A stretch of 61,351 nucleotides of DNA, filler included. It is 10 parts of 10 records of this genome, joined end to end, with 100 filler letters (N's around TTAATTAATTAA, not from the genome) between each part and the next. Parts side by side here need not be neighbours in the genome. Positions count along the whole stretch, not along the records: positions 30,384 to 35,738 come from SRR31156797_80355; positions 35,839 to 41,463 come from SRR31156797_80449; 8 more parts are not named here. The stretch is one strand, 5' to 3'. Position 1 is the first letter of the stretch. Every line of letters starts with the position of its first letter. This document shows positions 30,386 to 39,354 of the stretch, one piece after another. Both the position numbers and the translations under genes were made by a program. The notes under the pieces are model-generated. The model was not told the origin of the DNA and did not search any database. It worked only from the letters and a program-made list of their open reading frames with translations.

Positions 30386-31204
30386 AATATCGTTTCACAA
30401 CGTGCGGTGCTGGCCAATCCAGCCAAAATGCATCAGGTGGTCATGAATTTGTGTACGAACGCATATCAGGCCATGGACGACCCGGGCGGGGTGATGACGG
30501 TCTCATTGACCGACGCTGACATATCGCGGTCACAGGCGGCTGATCTTCATATCATGGGCGGACGGTATATCAAATTTGAAGTCATGGATACCGGTCACGG
30601 CATGGACCCGGATATATTGAAACGGGCCTTTGATCCCTACTTTACCACAAAGGCGGTCGGTAAAGGGACGGGCATGGGGCTTTCACTGGTATATGCCATC
30701 GTCCGGGAGCATGACGGATACATTCACGCCACCAGTACGCCGGGGAAGGGGGCTGCTTTTACGGTGTATCTGCCTGTCACGGAGAAAGCCCCTGACAGGG
30801 AGGAGAAACGGGATGCCCCCGTGACTTCGGCCGGGGGAAACGAACGAATCATGATCGTTGATGATGAAAAAAGTATTCTTGATTCAACCCGGGAACTGTT
30901 GATCGATTACGGGTACCGGGTGAGTTGCTATACCGACGGCCTTCAGGCCCTGGAGGCGTTTACCGTCGATCCGGACGGGTTTGACCTGTTGTTGACCGAT
31001 ATGACCATGCCGGGAATGACCGGGGAGACACTTGCCAAAAGGGTCCTGGCGCTTCGGCCCGAGCTGCCGGTGATTCTTTGTACCGGATTCAATGAGCAAA
31101 TGTCCGAGGCAAAGGCCCTTGAAATCGGTATCAAGCGATTCATTCAAAAGCCCGTGATCCGTCAGCCCCTGGTGGATATCATCCGTGAGGTGCTGTCGTC
31201 CTGA
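30386..31204 (+). CDS. Hybrid sensor kinase C-terminus (HATPase_c + receiver); 5' truncated
   Basis: QVVMNLCTNA, DTGHGM, FDPYFTTK, GTGMGL; receiver IVDDE...TDMTMP...KP. Confidence 0.92.
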   Translation, partial: NIVSQRAVLANPAKMHQVVMNLCTNAYQAMDDPGGVMTVSLTDADISRSQAADLHIMGGRYIKFEVMDTGHGMDPDILKRAFDPYFTTKAVGKGTGMGLSLVYAIVREHDGYIHATSTPGKGAAFTVYLPVTEKAPDREEKRDAPVTSAGGNERIMIVDDEKSILDSTRELLIDYGYRVSCYTDGLQALEAFTVDPDGFDLLLTDMTMPGMTGETLAKRVLALRPELPVILCTGFNEQMSEAKALEIGIKRFIQKPVIRQPLVDIIREVLSS

Positions 31205-31291
31205 TTCCGGAACCGGTCGACAACGCTCCAATGGTATTTTGAGGCGGCCCGGAGGGGCGAATATACTAGGTGACGATGCTTGATTTCATCA

Positions 31292-32452
31292 TCAAGGTCG
31301 GTCCTGGTCCGGGAGGGATTGATGCCTGCGAAACGCCCCTAAATGTACAGTCAGCAGCACTCCGGCGATGAGAGCGGTGACTGGCGCCACCATCAACAGC
31401 CCGATACTGCCGATCAATATCCTGAAAATTTCCGCGGCCACAAGTTTCATATTCACGATCCGAGTGAAGCTGGTGCCCTGGGACACAAACACCATCAGCA
31501 TGGTCAGATAGCCGCCGGAGTAGGCAAGCAGCAGGGTCGTGGACATGGTGCCGATCACCATCCGTCCCACATTGAATCCGGACTGAATGAGTTCACGCAC
31601 CCCGATATCGGGTCGTTTGGCCTTGATTTCGTTCATGGACACACTGACATCCATGGCAATATCCATGGCGGCCCCGGAGGCCCCCAGCAGCACGGCGGAA
31701 TAGAAAATATGCTGCAGGTTCAGGCTGTAGTGGCCCTGGACCAACAGGGTGGTGGCAAACGGCGCGGTCATGCCGCCCAAGTGCAGCTTATCGCCAAAGA
31801 ACAGGGTCAGGACCAGGGTGACGGCCAGGCCGCTCACGGTACCCAGAAACGCCGCAATGCCCTGGCGGGTGACCCCGGCCACCGTCAGGATGATCACCAT
31901 TGACAGCAGCACCAGCACCGCCAGGCTCAAGGGCAGGGGAGAGGCGCCATTGAGCAGGTTGGGAATATAGAAACACCACAACAACCCCAATGATCCCATG
32001 AAAGAGAGCAGGGCCTTGAGACCGACCAGGCGGGAGTAGGCCACCAGGGCCACGGCAAACACCGCAAACAGGATCAGCTCCCAGTTTTGCCGGTAGCTGT
32101 TGATCGCTTTGGCATCGGTGATCTGCTGGTCCACCACCTGTATGGCGAGCAGGATCTTGTCTCCGGGGACATAGATTTCATCCATGTCCAGCTGCCCGTT
32201 CAAATGATTGACAGCCTCCACCTGCATCCCTTTCCACCCACCGTCACTGATCACCACGGTGGCGGTCTGTACGCCGACAGCCGCAGCCCCGGCCTGGAGG
32301 ATTTCACTGTTGTCAACCGTGATAACCGTCCCGGGCACTTCATGCACATTGCCGGTATCCTCGGCCCCCAGCCAATGCCGTCCCACCAGGAACAGCACGA
32401 CAACGGCGGCCAGGACCAAACCCATTTCCGTGATTGTCTTCAGTTTTGACAT
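31292..32452 (-). CDS. YibE/F family membrane protein
   Basis: Multi-TM; GASGAAMDIAMDV, SG..VGR..IGTM.TTLLLAY.GG and EI.R.L.GSIGL...P.TA motifs. Confidence 0.85.
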   Translation of the reverse strand: MSKLKTITEMGLVLAAVVVLFLVGRHWLGAEDTGNVHEVPGTVITVDNSEILQAGAAAVGVQTATVVISDGGWKGMQVEAVNHLNGQLDMDEIYVPGDKILLAIQVVDQQITDAKAINSYRQNWELILFAVFAVALVAYSRLVGLKALLSFMGSLGLLWCFYIPNLLNGASPLPLSLAVLVLLSMVIILTVAGVTRQGIAAFLGTVSGLAVTLVLTLFFGDKLHLGGMTAPFATTLLVQGHYSLNLQHIFYSAVLLGASGAAMDIAMDVSVSMNEIKAKRPDIGVRELIQSGFNVGRMVIGTMSTTLLLAYSGGYLTMLMVFVSQGTSFTRIVNMKLVAAEIFRILIGSIGLLMVAPVTALIAGVLLTVHLGAFRRHQSLPDQDRP

Positions 32453-32510
32453 GGCGTCTCCAAGCCAGGGAGAGCAGGCGAACCCGCTCCCCCTTTACTA
32501 TCTATGGCAG

Positions 32511-34106
32511 CTAGTTTTTGCCAGCTACGTTCTCGGTGTGACCGTAAGGAACCTTTGAGTATTTCTCATTGGGACCAAAGGTCTTACCCAGCAGTGCCTT
32601 TGAGGGCGCGAGCTCAAAGGAAGAGAGCTTTACCCCCATGGCCTTTGCCATGGTTCTGGGGATGTCGGTGTTGTCCTTGAAACCGCCGAAGGTATCGGCC
32701 TGGGCGCCAATGGCGGACAGGGCGATCACTGAGGAGGTATGGACATAGGAGGTCCAGCTGATACGGGCACGCTCGGATACGAGATGCGCAACCGCGATCA
32801 TGGTCGGGGTGTAGGCATAGCCGTAGGTGGTCTGCTTGGCCGCCTCGAGCTCCTGGTTGCGGTCCTCGATGGCCATGGCGGATTTCAGCTGCTCGAGCTC
32901 CCGGGCATTGAGGTCGGTGAGGCCGAAGTTCTCAGCCACATAGTCAAGGTACGCCTGCTGACGCTTGGCCACATCGGCGTAGTCCTTGATCATTTTGGGA
33001 TATACGTAAGCCAGCACGTCTTCCACAGAAGCCTTCACCTTGAACAGCTCGTTCAGGTTCAGGAAGTAACCCTTGGAGTCAAGGCTGATGCCCATGGCCA
33101 TACCACCGGTCTCGTGGTCGGCGGCAACAACGATCAGGGTCTCTTCAGGGTGCTGCTCGTAGAACTCATAGGCTTCGGCAATGGCGGCATCCAGGGCCAG
33201 GGTATCGTAAATGGTACCGGTGGCGTCGTTGCAGTGGGCGGCATAGTCGATCCGGCCGCCTTCAACCATCATGAAGAAGGGTTTATCCTGGGCTGCCAGC
33301 AGCTCGATGCCCTTGGCGGTCAGCTCGGAAAGGGCCGGCATGGCGTTTTCTTTCTTAGTGCTGTAGCGACGGTCGATCTCCATGCCCAGGGCGCTGTAAC
33401 CGAGGGGCGCCAGAATCTTGTCCCCTTTTTTCGCCTGATATTTACGGAAGTCATCCCGGGCCTTGTCACCGATAAAGGTGGTGTAGCCCTTGGCTTTGAA
33501 TTCAGCAACCAGGTCACGGTCATCCTTACGCTTTGATTTCAGGCCTTCGGCATTGCCCTTTGCCACGAAATGACGGAAACCGCCGCCGGCCAGGTAATCA
33601 AAGCCGGAGTTCAGCTGATCAAGGGCGATGGCGTTTTCATTGCCACGGCTCATGTTATGGGCGGAAAAGGCAGCGGGGGTGGCGTGGGTGATGCGGGTGG
33701 TGGTCGCAAGACCAACGGCATAACCGGCGTCACGGGCCGCTTCAGCAATGGTTTTGATGTTGGTGCCGTCGGGCAGTTTCGCAACCGCGCCATTGGTGGT
33801 TTTGAAACCTGTGGCCAGAGCGGTTCCACCGGCGGCGGAATCGGTAATCATGGTGTTATCGGAGTAGGTCGTGATCAATGCCGAAGTAGGAAAGCTGTTC
33901 ATCAGCAGTTTGGCTTCGGGATTTTTGGTCTCAATCTTGTAGAAATACTGGGCGGACTGGCGCTGGGCCGGGCCCATGCCATCTCCGATAAAGTAGAACA
34001 CGTACTTGGGCGTACCGGCTGCAAAGGCAGCGGAAGCGATCAGCAGCATACTGGCGGACAGCGCCAGTGTGCGTGCCATTTTCTTACCACGTTGACAAAG
34101 AGTCAT
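32511..34106 (-). CDS. Alkaline phosphatase (PhoA family), exported
   Basis: FIGDGMG, active-site TDSAAGGTA, THATPA, EGGRIDYAAH, ADHETGG, HT; start moved to the ATG after GGAG. Confidence 0.93.
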   Translation of the reverse strand: MTLCQRGKKMARTLALSASMLLIASAAFAAGTPKYVFYFIGDGMGPAQRQSAQYFYKIETKNPEAKLLMNSFPTSALITTYSDNTMITDSAAGGTALATGFKTTNGAVAKLPDGTNIKTIAEAARDAGYAVGLATTTRITHATPAAFSAHNMSRGNENAIALDQLNSGFDYLAGGGFRHFVAKGNAEGLKSKRKDDRDLVAEFKAKGYTTFIGDKARDDFRKYQAKKGDKILAPLGYSALGMEIDRRYSTKKENAMPALSELTAKGIELLAAQDKPFFMMVEGGRIDYAAHCNDATGTIYDTLALDAAIAEAYEFYEQHPEETLIVVAADHETGGMAMGISLDSKGYFLNLNELFKVKASVEDVLAYVYPKMIKDYADVAKRQQAYLDYVAENFGLTDLNARELEQLKSAMAIEDRNQELEAAKQTTYGYAYTPTMIAVAHLVSERARISWTSYVHTSSVIALSAIGAQADTFGGFKDNTDIPRTMAKAMGVKLSSFELAPSKALLGKTFGPNEKYSKVPYGHTENVAGKN

Positions 34107-34412
34107 GCTTTTCTCCATTCTTTTGGTATTGCAATTACAGCCGTCGGTTGCCTCACAGCACCACCGACGGCATGGTGAACCATATGTTCGTTTCAGCCCT
34201 GCACCACCAACGGAAACCGACATCGAAACCTACAGTCGTCAGCGTCTCCGCCTGTCATGGAACCGGCGTCAATCGTTATTACTCAACCATGGATTTGATT
34301 CCTCATGATCACGGATTCAAATATCCCGGGAGACTATAACTTTGCCCCTAAGGGGAAGGTCAACACAAATATTGATAAAATAAGAGGGGAAAAGCGTGTG
34401 TGGGGATTGACT

Positions 34413-35300
34413 TCAGGAGGCGGGTCCGGTCCCGCCGGAGCGCTGGGGAGGAACGATCCGGGGACGGAGATTTTTCCAGGCTTCCCCCACGGGGCATACC
34501 CGCATGCATTCGATGCAGTTGTCCACATCCGTAATGGCGGTCTGGCCAAGCTCCACCACCACATCCCGCCGTTTCATGTGGGCAAGCAGCATGCGCAGGT
34601 AACCGGGCCACTGGCCCAGCCGTTTGGGAGGCAGCAGTTTGAACCCATAGGTCCAGTAAGCAAAACAGGGATCCACCGCATACCCGTCATGGGTCAGTGC
34701 CCCGGACGGACACGCCTTGACGCAAAGGTCGCATCCCCTGCACAGGTCCGGCACCTCCCGGAAATCCGGGGTCAACTCCGCCTCCGTTACAATTGCGCAG
34801 AGCCGGTGGTGGGGGCCGAACTCCGGGGTGAGGAGCAGGTTGCTTCGCCCGATCACTCCCATGCCGCAGGTCACGGCCGCATGCTTGAGGGAGAGGAATC
34901 CCACCACCCGGGTCTGGCGGAACCGCTTTCCGGTATCAGGGTCAATCTTGTGGATCTCCACGGGTTTGTCCGATGAGATGGGCAGGGAAACAAAACCTTC
35001 CCGCTCCAGCATGCGCCCCATCTTCTCCGCAGTCTCGTCCAGAATCCGCGAGGTCTGCATTTTGCTCCGGGTCCAGAGCATGATGTCCGGCGCCATGACA
35101 GACCCCAGGGTGTGGGCCACCGCCATGACAATGACGCTCCTGGCCGTGGGCAAAAGCGCCGTGGCGGGCCGGGGCGGATAGGCCAGGATCAGGTCCTCCG
35201 CCCGGGCAATGCCCACCAGATCGATCCCCTGCCCATGCAGCCATTCCTTCACACTATCGGCGCAAAGCCCATCATAAAGATCACTTTCCCATTTCAACAT
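34413..35300 (-). CDS. QueG/reductive-dehalogenase-like cobalamin-binding 2x[4Fe-4S] protein
   Basis: G.DLVGIA, A.SVIV, SLKHAA...GMG.IG..NLL.TPEFGP, CRGCDLCVKACP and CIECMRVCP. Confidence 0.8.
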   Translation of the reverse strand: MLKWESDLYDGLCADSVKEWLHGQGIDLVGIARAEDLILAYPPRPATALLPTARSVIVMAVAHTLGSVMAPDIMLWTRSKMQTSRILDETAEKMGRMLEREGFVSLPISSDKPVEIHKIDPDTGKRFRQTRVVGFLSLKHAAVTCGMGVIGRSNLLLTPEFGPHHRLCAIVTEAELTPDFREVPDLCRGCDLCVKACPSGALTHDGYAVDPCFAYWTYGFKLLPPKRLGQWPGYLRMLLAHMKRRDVVVELGQTAITDVDNCIECMRVCPVGEAWKNLRPRIVPPQRSGGTGPAS

Positions 35301-35329
35301 CTAAATATTTTTCCCTGATTTTGAATTGT

Positions 35330-35392
35330 ACATAACACCGCGGCTCAGCGGAGCACGGCTTTTTTGCATCGGCTGAATTAGTCTTGTTCGGT
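35330..35392 (-). mobile_element. attC-like integron recombination site
   Basis: Minus strand ACCGAAC-aagac-TAATTCAGCcgatgcaaaaaagccgtgctccGCTGAgcc-gcggt-GTTATGT; AAC/GTT boxes with 5-nt spacers; starts 3 nt after the stop of an AT-rich ORF. Confidence 0.6.
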
Positions 35393-35395
35393 GTT

Positions 35396-35710
35396 TTATA
35401 TTTCAAAAGCTATCGGTAAGCCAAATAATGGTTCATCACAGTTATTTTTTACTGTTATTTGGGGTTCATCGTCTCTTCTTGGTGATAACTTCATACCTTT
35501 ATCTGGAAGCTCGCAATACGGGTATTCACTATGATATAGGCTATACATTACTTTAGCTTCTAAGCGCTCTATAATACGTGGCTCAACCCCAATATCTCCA
35601 ATAAATATTCGAAACCCTGCCAATTGCTGATTTACAGCGTCTTGTATTGATGCTTTATTTTCTTCAAACTTCTGTCTCTTTTCCTTCGACCATCCCCAAC
35701 CTTGCCAGAT
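35396..35710 (-). pseudogene. AT-rich cassette-like hypothetical gene, 5' end missing or interrupted
   Basis: Frame IWQGWGWSKEKRQKFEENKASIQDAVNQQLAGFRIF...AFEI* is open to about 35722, where an in-frame TGA occurs; no convincing start or RBS. Confidence 0.45.
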
Positions 35711-35738
35711 AAGGGACGGCGATCAATTAAATTCCACA

Positions 35739-35838
35739 NNNNNNNNNNNNNNNNNNNNNNNNNNNNNNNNNNNNNNNNNNNNTTAATTAATTAANNNNNN
35801 NNNNNNNNNNNNNNNNNNNNNNNNNNNNNNNNNNNNNN
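35739..35838. other. Artificial contig linker
   Basis: N-run/TTAATTAATTAA/N-run. Confidence 0.99.
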
Positions 35839-35860
35839 GATTCGAAGGAGTGTAGGAATT

Positions 35861-37432
35861 ATGTCTGAGGCGTGCGGCAGGTGTGAGAGACAGATCCGCA
35901 GGGAGCTGGAGTTCGTCTCCGGCGTCAGTCAGCTCCTGCTGTCGGGATCGGATATCAATACGATCCTGGGACGGGCGACCCGGCGGCTTTGTGAGCACAA
36001 GGCCTATCAGAGGGGGATGATCGCTCTGTTTAACCGAAGGGCCGGTTCCATTCTGATCAAGGAGGCCTACGGGGTCAGCCGTGAAGAGCAGGCGCGGGGC
36101 ATCTACTATCCCGGAGAGGGGATCATCGGCGAGGTCGTCGAATCGGGCCGCGCCATAATCGTGCCGTGCATCCGGGAGGACTCCCGGTTCCTGAACAGGA
36201 CCGGTATGTCCGAGGGCCTGCTGGACAGCTCCTTTCTCTGCATCCCCATAGGAACGGGCGATCAGATGATAGGAAGCCTGTCGGTCGTCAAGGAGTCTTC
36301 TGGGGCTGATGCGCCGGACCTTGACGGGGATGTCCAGATCCTGAGGATCCTGGCCTCCATGATCGCCCTGGCAGCCCAGCTCTCCCGTTCCCGGGAGGAA
36401 GAGCGGGTGCAGATGGATCGGGAACGGATCCTGGATGCCCGCGGACCTCAGAAGAGGCCTCCCCATATGATAGGGAACGCCAAGAGCCTTCAGCCCGTTT
36501 TTCAGATGATGCGGAAGGTCGCCTCCGCCGGTTCCACCGTTCTCCTTCTGGGAGAGAGCGGGGTGGGAAAGGCGATGGCGGCCGAGGCGCTGCATTATGC
36601 GGGCGACAGGGCCGACAAAGCCTTCGTCAAACTCAACTGCGCCTCTCTGCCCGGGGACCTTATCGAATCCGAACTCTTCGGTCGTGAGACGAAGCCTTCC
36701 TCAGGCGGCCCGGACAGGAGGATGGGACGGCTGGAACAGGCCATGGGAGGCACCCTCTTTCTGGATGAGATCGGTGACATCGGTCCCGGTGTGCAGGCCG
36801 GGCTCCTGCGGGTGCTTCAGGAGCGGGAATTTGAGAGGATCGGCGGATCGGAAACGCTGAAGGCAGATGTCAGGATCATCGCGGCTACCAACAGGAATCT
36901 GGAAGAAAAGGTGAGGGAGGGGGAGTTCCGGGAAGATCTGTACTACCGGCTCAACGTCATCCCCATCACCATACCCCCCCTCCGGAAGAGGAAGACGGAT
37001 ATCCTCCTGTTGAGCGACTTTTTCATCGGGAAGCACAACAGGCGGAACGGAAAGCATGTGAACCGGATCTCCACTCCCGCCATCGACATGCTTATGGCCT
37101 ACCACTGGCCCGGCAATGTGAGGGAACTGGAAAACGCCATAGAGCGGGCGGTCATCCTCAGCGACGACCAGGTCGTCCACGGCTACCATCTCCCCCCCTC
37201 CCTGCAGATGGCCGATTCCCGGCTGGGAGGGGGCGGACGGCATGGCACTCTGCAGCAGAAACTGGACGGCATAGAGTACGAAACGATTGTGGAGGCCTTG
37301 AAATCCACCAGGGGAAATCTCTCCCGGGCGGCGGAACAGCTGGGACTGACCAACAGAATGATGGGGATCCGGGCCAGAAAATACGGCATTGACTTCAAGG
37401 ATTTTCGCCGAGGTTTTTCCCCTGGTCAATAG
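35861..37432 (+). CDS. GAF-AAA+-HTH (NifA-like) transcriptional regulator with no GAFTGA motif
   Basis: GAF (Y.PGEGIIG.V...G, SFLCIPI); GESGVGK; LFLDEIG; FREDLYYRLNV; WPGNVRELEN; Fis-type HTH. Confidence 0.9.
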   Translation: MSEACGRCERQIRRELEFVSGVSQLLLSGSDINTILGRATRRLCEHKAYQRGMIALFNRRAGSILIKEAYGVSREEQARGIYYPGEGIIGEVVESGRAIIVPCIREDSRFLNRTGMSEGLLDSSFLCIPIGTGDQMIGSLSVVKESSGADAPDLDGDVQILRILASMIALAAQLSRSREEERVQMDRERILDARGPQKRPPHMIGNAKSLQPVFQMMRKVASAGSTVLLLGESGVGKAMAAEALHYAGDRADKAFVKLNCASLPGDLIESELFGRETKPSSGGPDRRMGRLEQAMGGTLFLDEIGDIGPGVQAGLLRVLQEREFERIGGSETLKADVRIIAATNRNLEEKVREGEFREDLYYRLNVIPITIPPLRKRKTDILLLSDFFIGKHNRRNGKHVNRISTPAIDMLMAYHWPGNVRELENAIERAVILSDDQVVHGYHLPPSLQMADSRLGGGGRHGTLQQKLDGIEYETIVEALKSTRGNLSRAAEQLGLTNRMMGIRARKYGIDFKDFRRGFSPGQ

Positions 37433-37598
37433 TTTCTGATTCATTTTAAATTTATACTGAGTAATAGATTAACATAGATCGCATATCCGAACTCCTCTTG
37501 TCGCCCCTCTCCTTGCCCCCTCTGCTCCTGAACATCCAAGTGAATTCTGAGAAAAATCACAAAAAAACCTTGACGACTATTCCATCTGATGTAAAAAT

Positions 37599-37644
37599 AA
37601 AATCAGTTTTCATAATGTGAAAAAGTGAAAACGGTTTTTGATTT
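37599..37644. promoter_or_regulatory. Paired inverted operator-like sites upstream of the TRAP operon
   Basis: TGAAAACGGTTTTT (37626-37639) and, on the minus strand, TGAAAACTGATTTT (37599-37612). Confidence 0.45.
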
Positions 37645-37712
37645 ATCATTTTTATACCCGATTTGGCAAAAAACCGGACATGGGGTCCGGAAAAATATAA
37701 GGAGTAGTTCTT

Positions 37713-38729
37713 ATGAAAAAGAGTCTTATTGTTTTGATGATGCTGTTCGTCGCCCTGAGCTTCGGATGGTCCGAGGGTCAGAAGGACGGCGGAGCCGATG
37801 AAAAGCAGGTGTATACCATGAAGTTCGGCCATTCCATGCCCAACGACACCTCCCGCCATCAGTCCCTGCTGAAGTTCAAGGATTATGTCGAGTCCCAGTC
37901 GGGCGGTCAGATCGTCGTGGAAATCTATCCCTCCGGACAGCTGGGCAAGGAAGCCGAGATGCTGGAAGCCCTGAAGCTGGGCAGCCAGGAAGGCTACATC
38001 GGCGGCGTATTCGATTCCATCACCCCCAAGCTTAACCTTTACCTCATGCCCTTCCTGTTCGCTGATCAGGAAGCTCTGATGAGATTCGCCGATTCCGATC
38101 TGGCCGCCAAGATCAACACGGACGCCGAGCAGTACGGAATCAAGCTTCTGGCCAACGGCGACGCCGGTTCCAGAAACGTAACCAACAACATCCGCCCCGT
38201 TCACACACCTGCCGACATGAAGGGACTGAAGATGAGAACTCCCCCCGTGGAAGCCATCATCAAGACCATGGAAGCTCTGGGCGCCAACCCCGTTTCCATC
38301 CCCTACGTAGAGGTATACATGGCCCTCAAGACCGGTGTCGCCGACGGACAGGAAAACCCCTTCATGAACATCGCCACCATGAAGTTCCAGGAAGTTCAGA
38401 AGTACATGACCATCATGCACTACCTGTTCAACCCCGAGCCCTTCTGTGTCGCTCTGGACTGGTACAACTCCCTTCCCTCCGATCTGCAGCAGATCGTCCA
38501 GGAAGGCGCGGACCTGTATACGGCCGAGCAGAACAAGATGCGCGCCGACAGCTCCGATGAGTACCTGCAGATCATCAAGGACGCCGGTGTTGAGGTTTAC
38601 ACCCCCACCGCCGCCGAGAGACAGCAGTTCATCGAAGCCTGTGCTCCCGTTTACGACTACTACATCGGAAAGGGATTCTTCACCCAGTCCGAGCTGGAAG
38701 AGGCTATCGCTATCGCTAACGGAAACTAA
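37713..38729 (+). CDS. dctP: TRAP transporter substrate-binding protein DctP
   Basis: IYPSGQLG.E, DMKGLKMR, LGANP, EVY.AL.TGV.DGQENP. Confidence 0.93.
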   Translation: MKKSLIVLMMLFVALSFGWSEGQKDGGADEKQVYTMKFGHSMPNDTSRHQSLLKFKDYVESQSGGQIVVEIYPSGQLGKEAEMLEALKLGSQEGYIGGVFDSITPKLNLYLMPFLFADQEALMRFADSDLAAKINTDAEQYGIKLLANGDAGSRNVTNNIRPVHTPADMKGLKMRTPPVEAIIKTMEALGANPVSIPYVEVYMALKTGVADGQENPFMNIATMKFQEVQKYMTIMHYLFNPEPFCVALDWYNSLPSDLQQIVQEGADLYTAEQNKMRADSSDEYLQIIKDAGVEVYTPTAAERQQFIEACAPVYDYYIGKGFFTQSELEEAIAIANGN

Positions 38730-38748
38730 TATTTCCCGATAATGGTTC

Positions 38749-38779
38749 AGGAGCAGGCTTCCGTCCGGGGTCTGCTCCT
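38749..38779 (+). terminator. Intergenic stem-loop after dctP (mRNA stabiliser or partial terminator)
   Basis: aggagcaggc...gtctgctcct with no U-tract. Confidence 0.5.
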
Positions 38780-38793
38780 ACTTGAGGTTTAAA

Positions 38794-39354
38794 ATGAATA
38801 AGTTCGTTAAAACATTGGATAAGATCCTGTCGGTGCTCAACTATTCCCTGATGGCCGTACTGACCGTGAGCATCATACTTTCCGTGTTTCTCCGCTATGT
38901 GTTCAACATCACCTTTGTCAAGGCTGAGGAAGCCATCACAATGATGTTTGTGGCCACGACCTTTTACGGCGCCGCCCTGGGCATCCGCGAAAGGGACCAT
39001 ATCAACATCGAATTCTTCTATGAGAAAGCAAGCGACCGCGTTAAAGGTTATATCGATATATTTGTGAACATCGTGATCATCTTCGTCATGATCTATCTGT
39101 TCAAGAACAGTCTGATCTGGATTCAGAAGGTAGGGGATGTGAAGCTGCCCAGCCTGCAGGTCGCCACCAAGTACCTGTATGTGATGGTTCCCGTCTCCAG
39201 CGTCCTGGCCATCTTCTACTGCCTCGTGGGCATCCTGGAGAAGTTCGTCTCCATTGAAAAGCCCGTCTACGGCTACGAACGGGATGAGGTCCATTCCATG
39301 GAGGAGAATACCCCCGAAGAAGAGGAGATCGGTTTCAAGGAGGTCCTGTCGTGA
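38794..39354 (+). CDS. dctQ: TRAP small permease DctQ
   Basis: Four TMs; V..RYVF, EE, GAA....HI motifs. Confidence 0.88.
   Translation: MNKFVKTLDKILSVLNYSLMAVLTVSIILSVFLRYVFNITFVKAEEAITMMFVATTFYGAALGIRERDHINIEFFYEKASDRVKGYIDIFVNIVIIFVMIYLFKNSLIWIQKVGDVKLPSLQVATKYLYVMVPVSSVLAIFYCLVGILEKFVSIEKPVYGYERDEVHSMEENTPEEEEIGFKEVLS

Noticed and set aside
34107-34400. Riboswitch or Pho box upstream of the alkaline phosphatase
   Set aside because: Only one hairpin (34141-34170) and no convincing consensus match; the GTG-start extension to 34223 is also unsupported.
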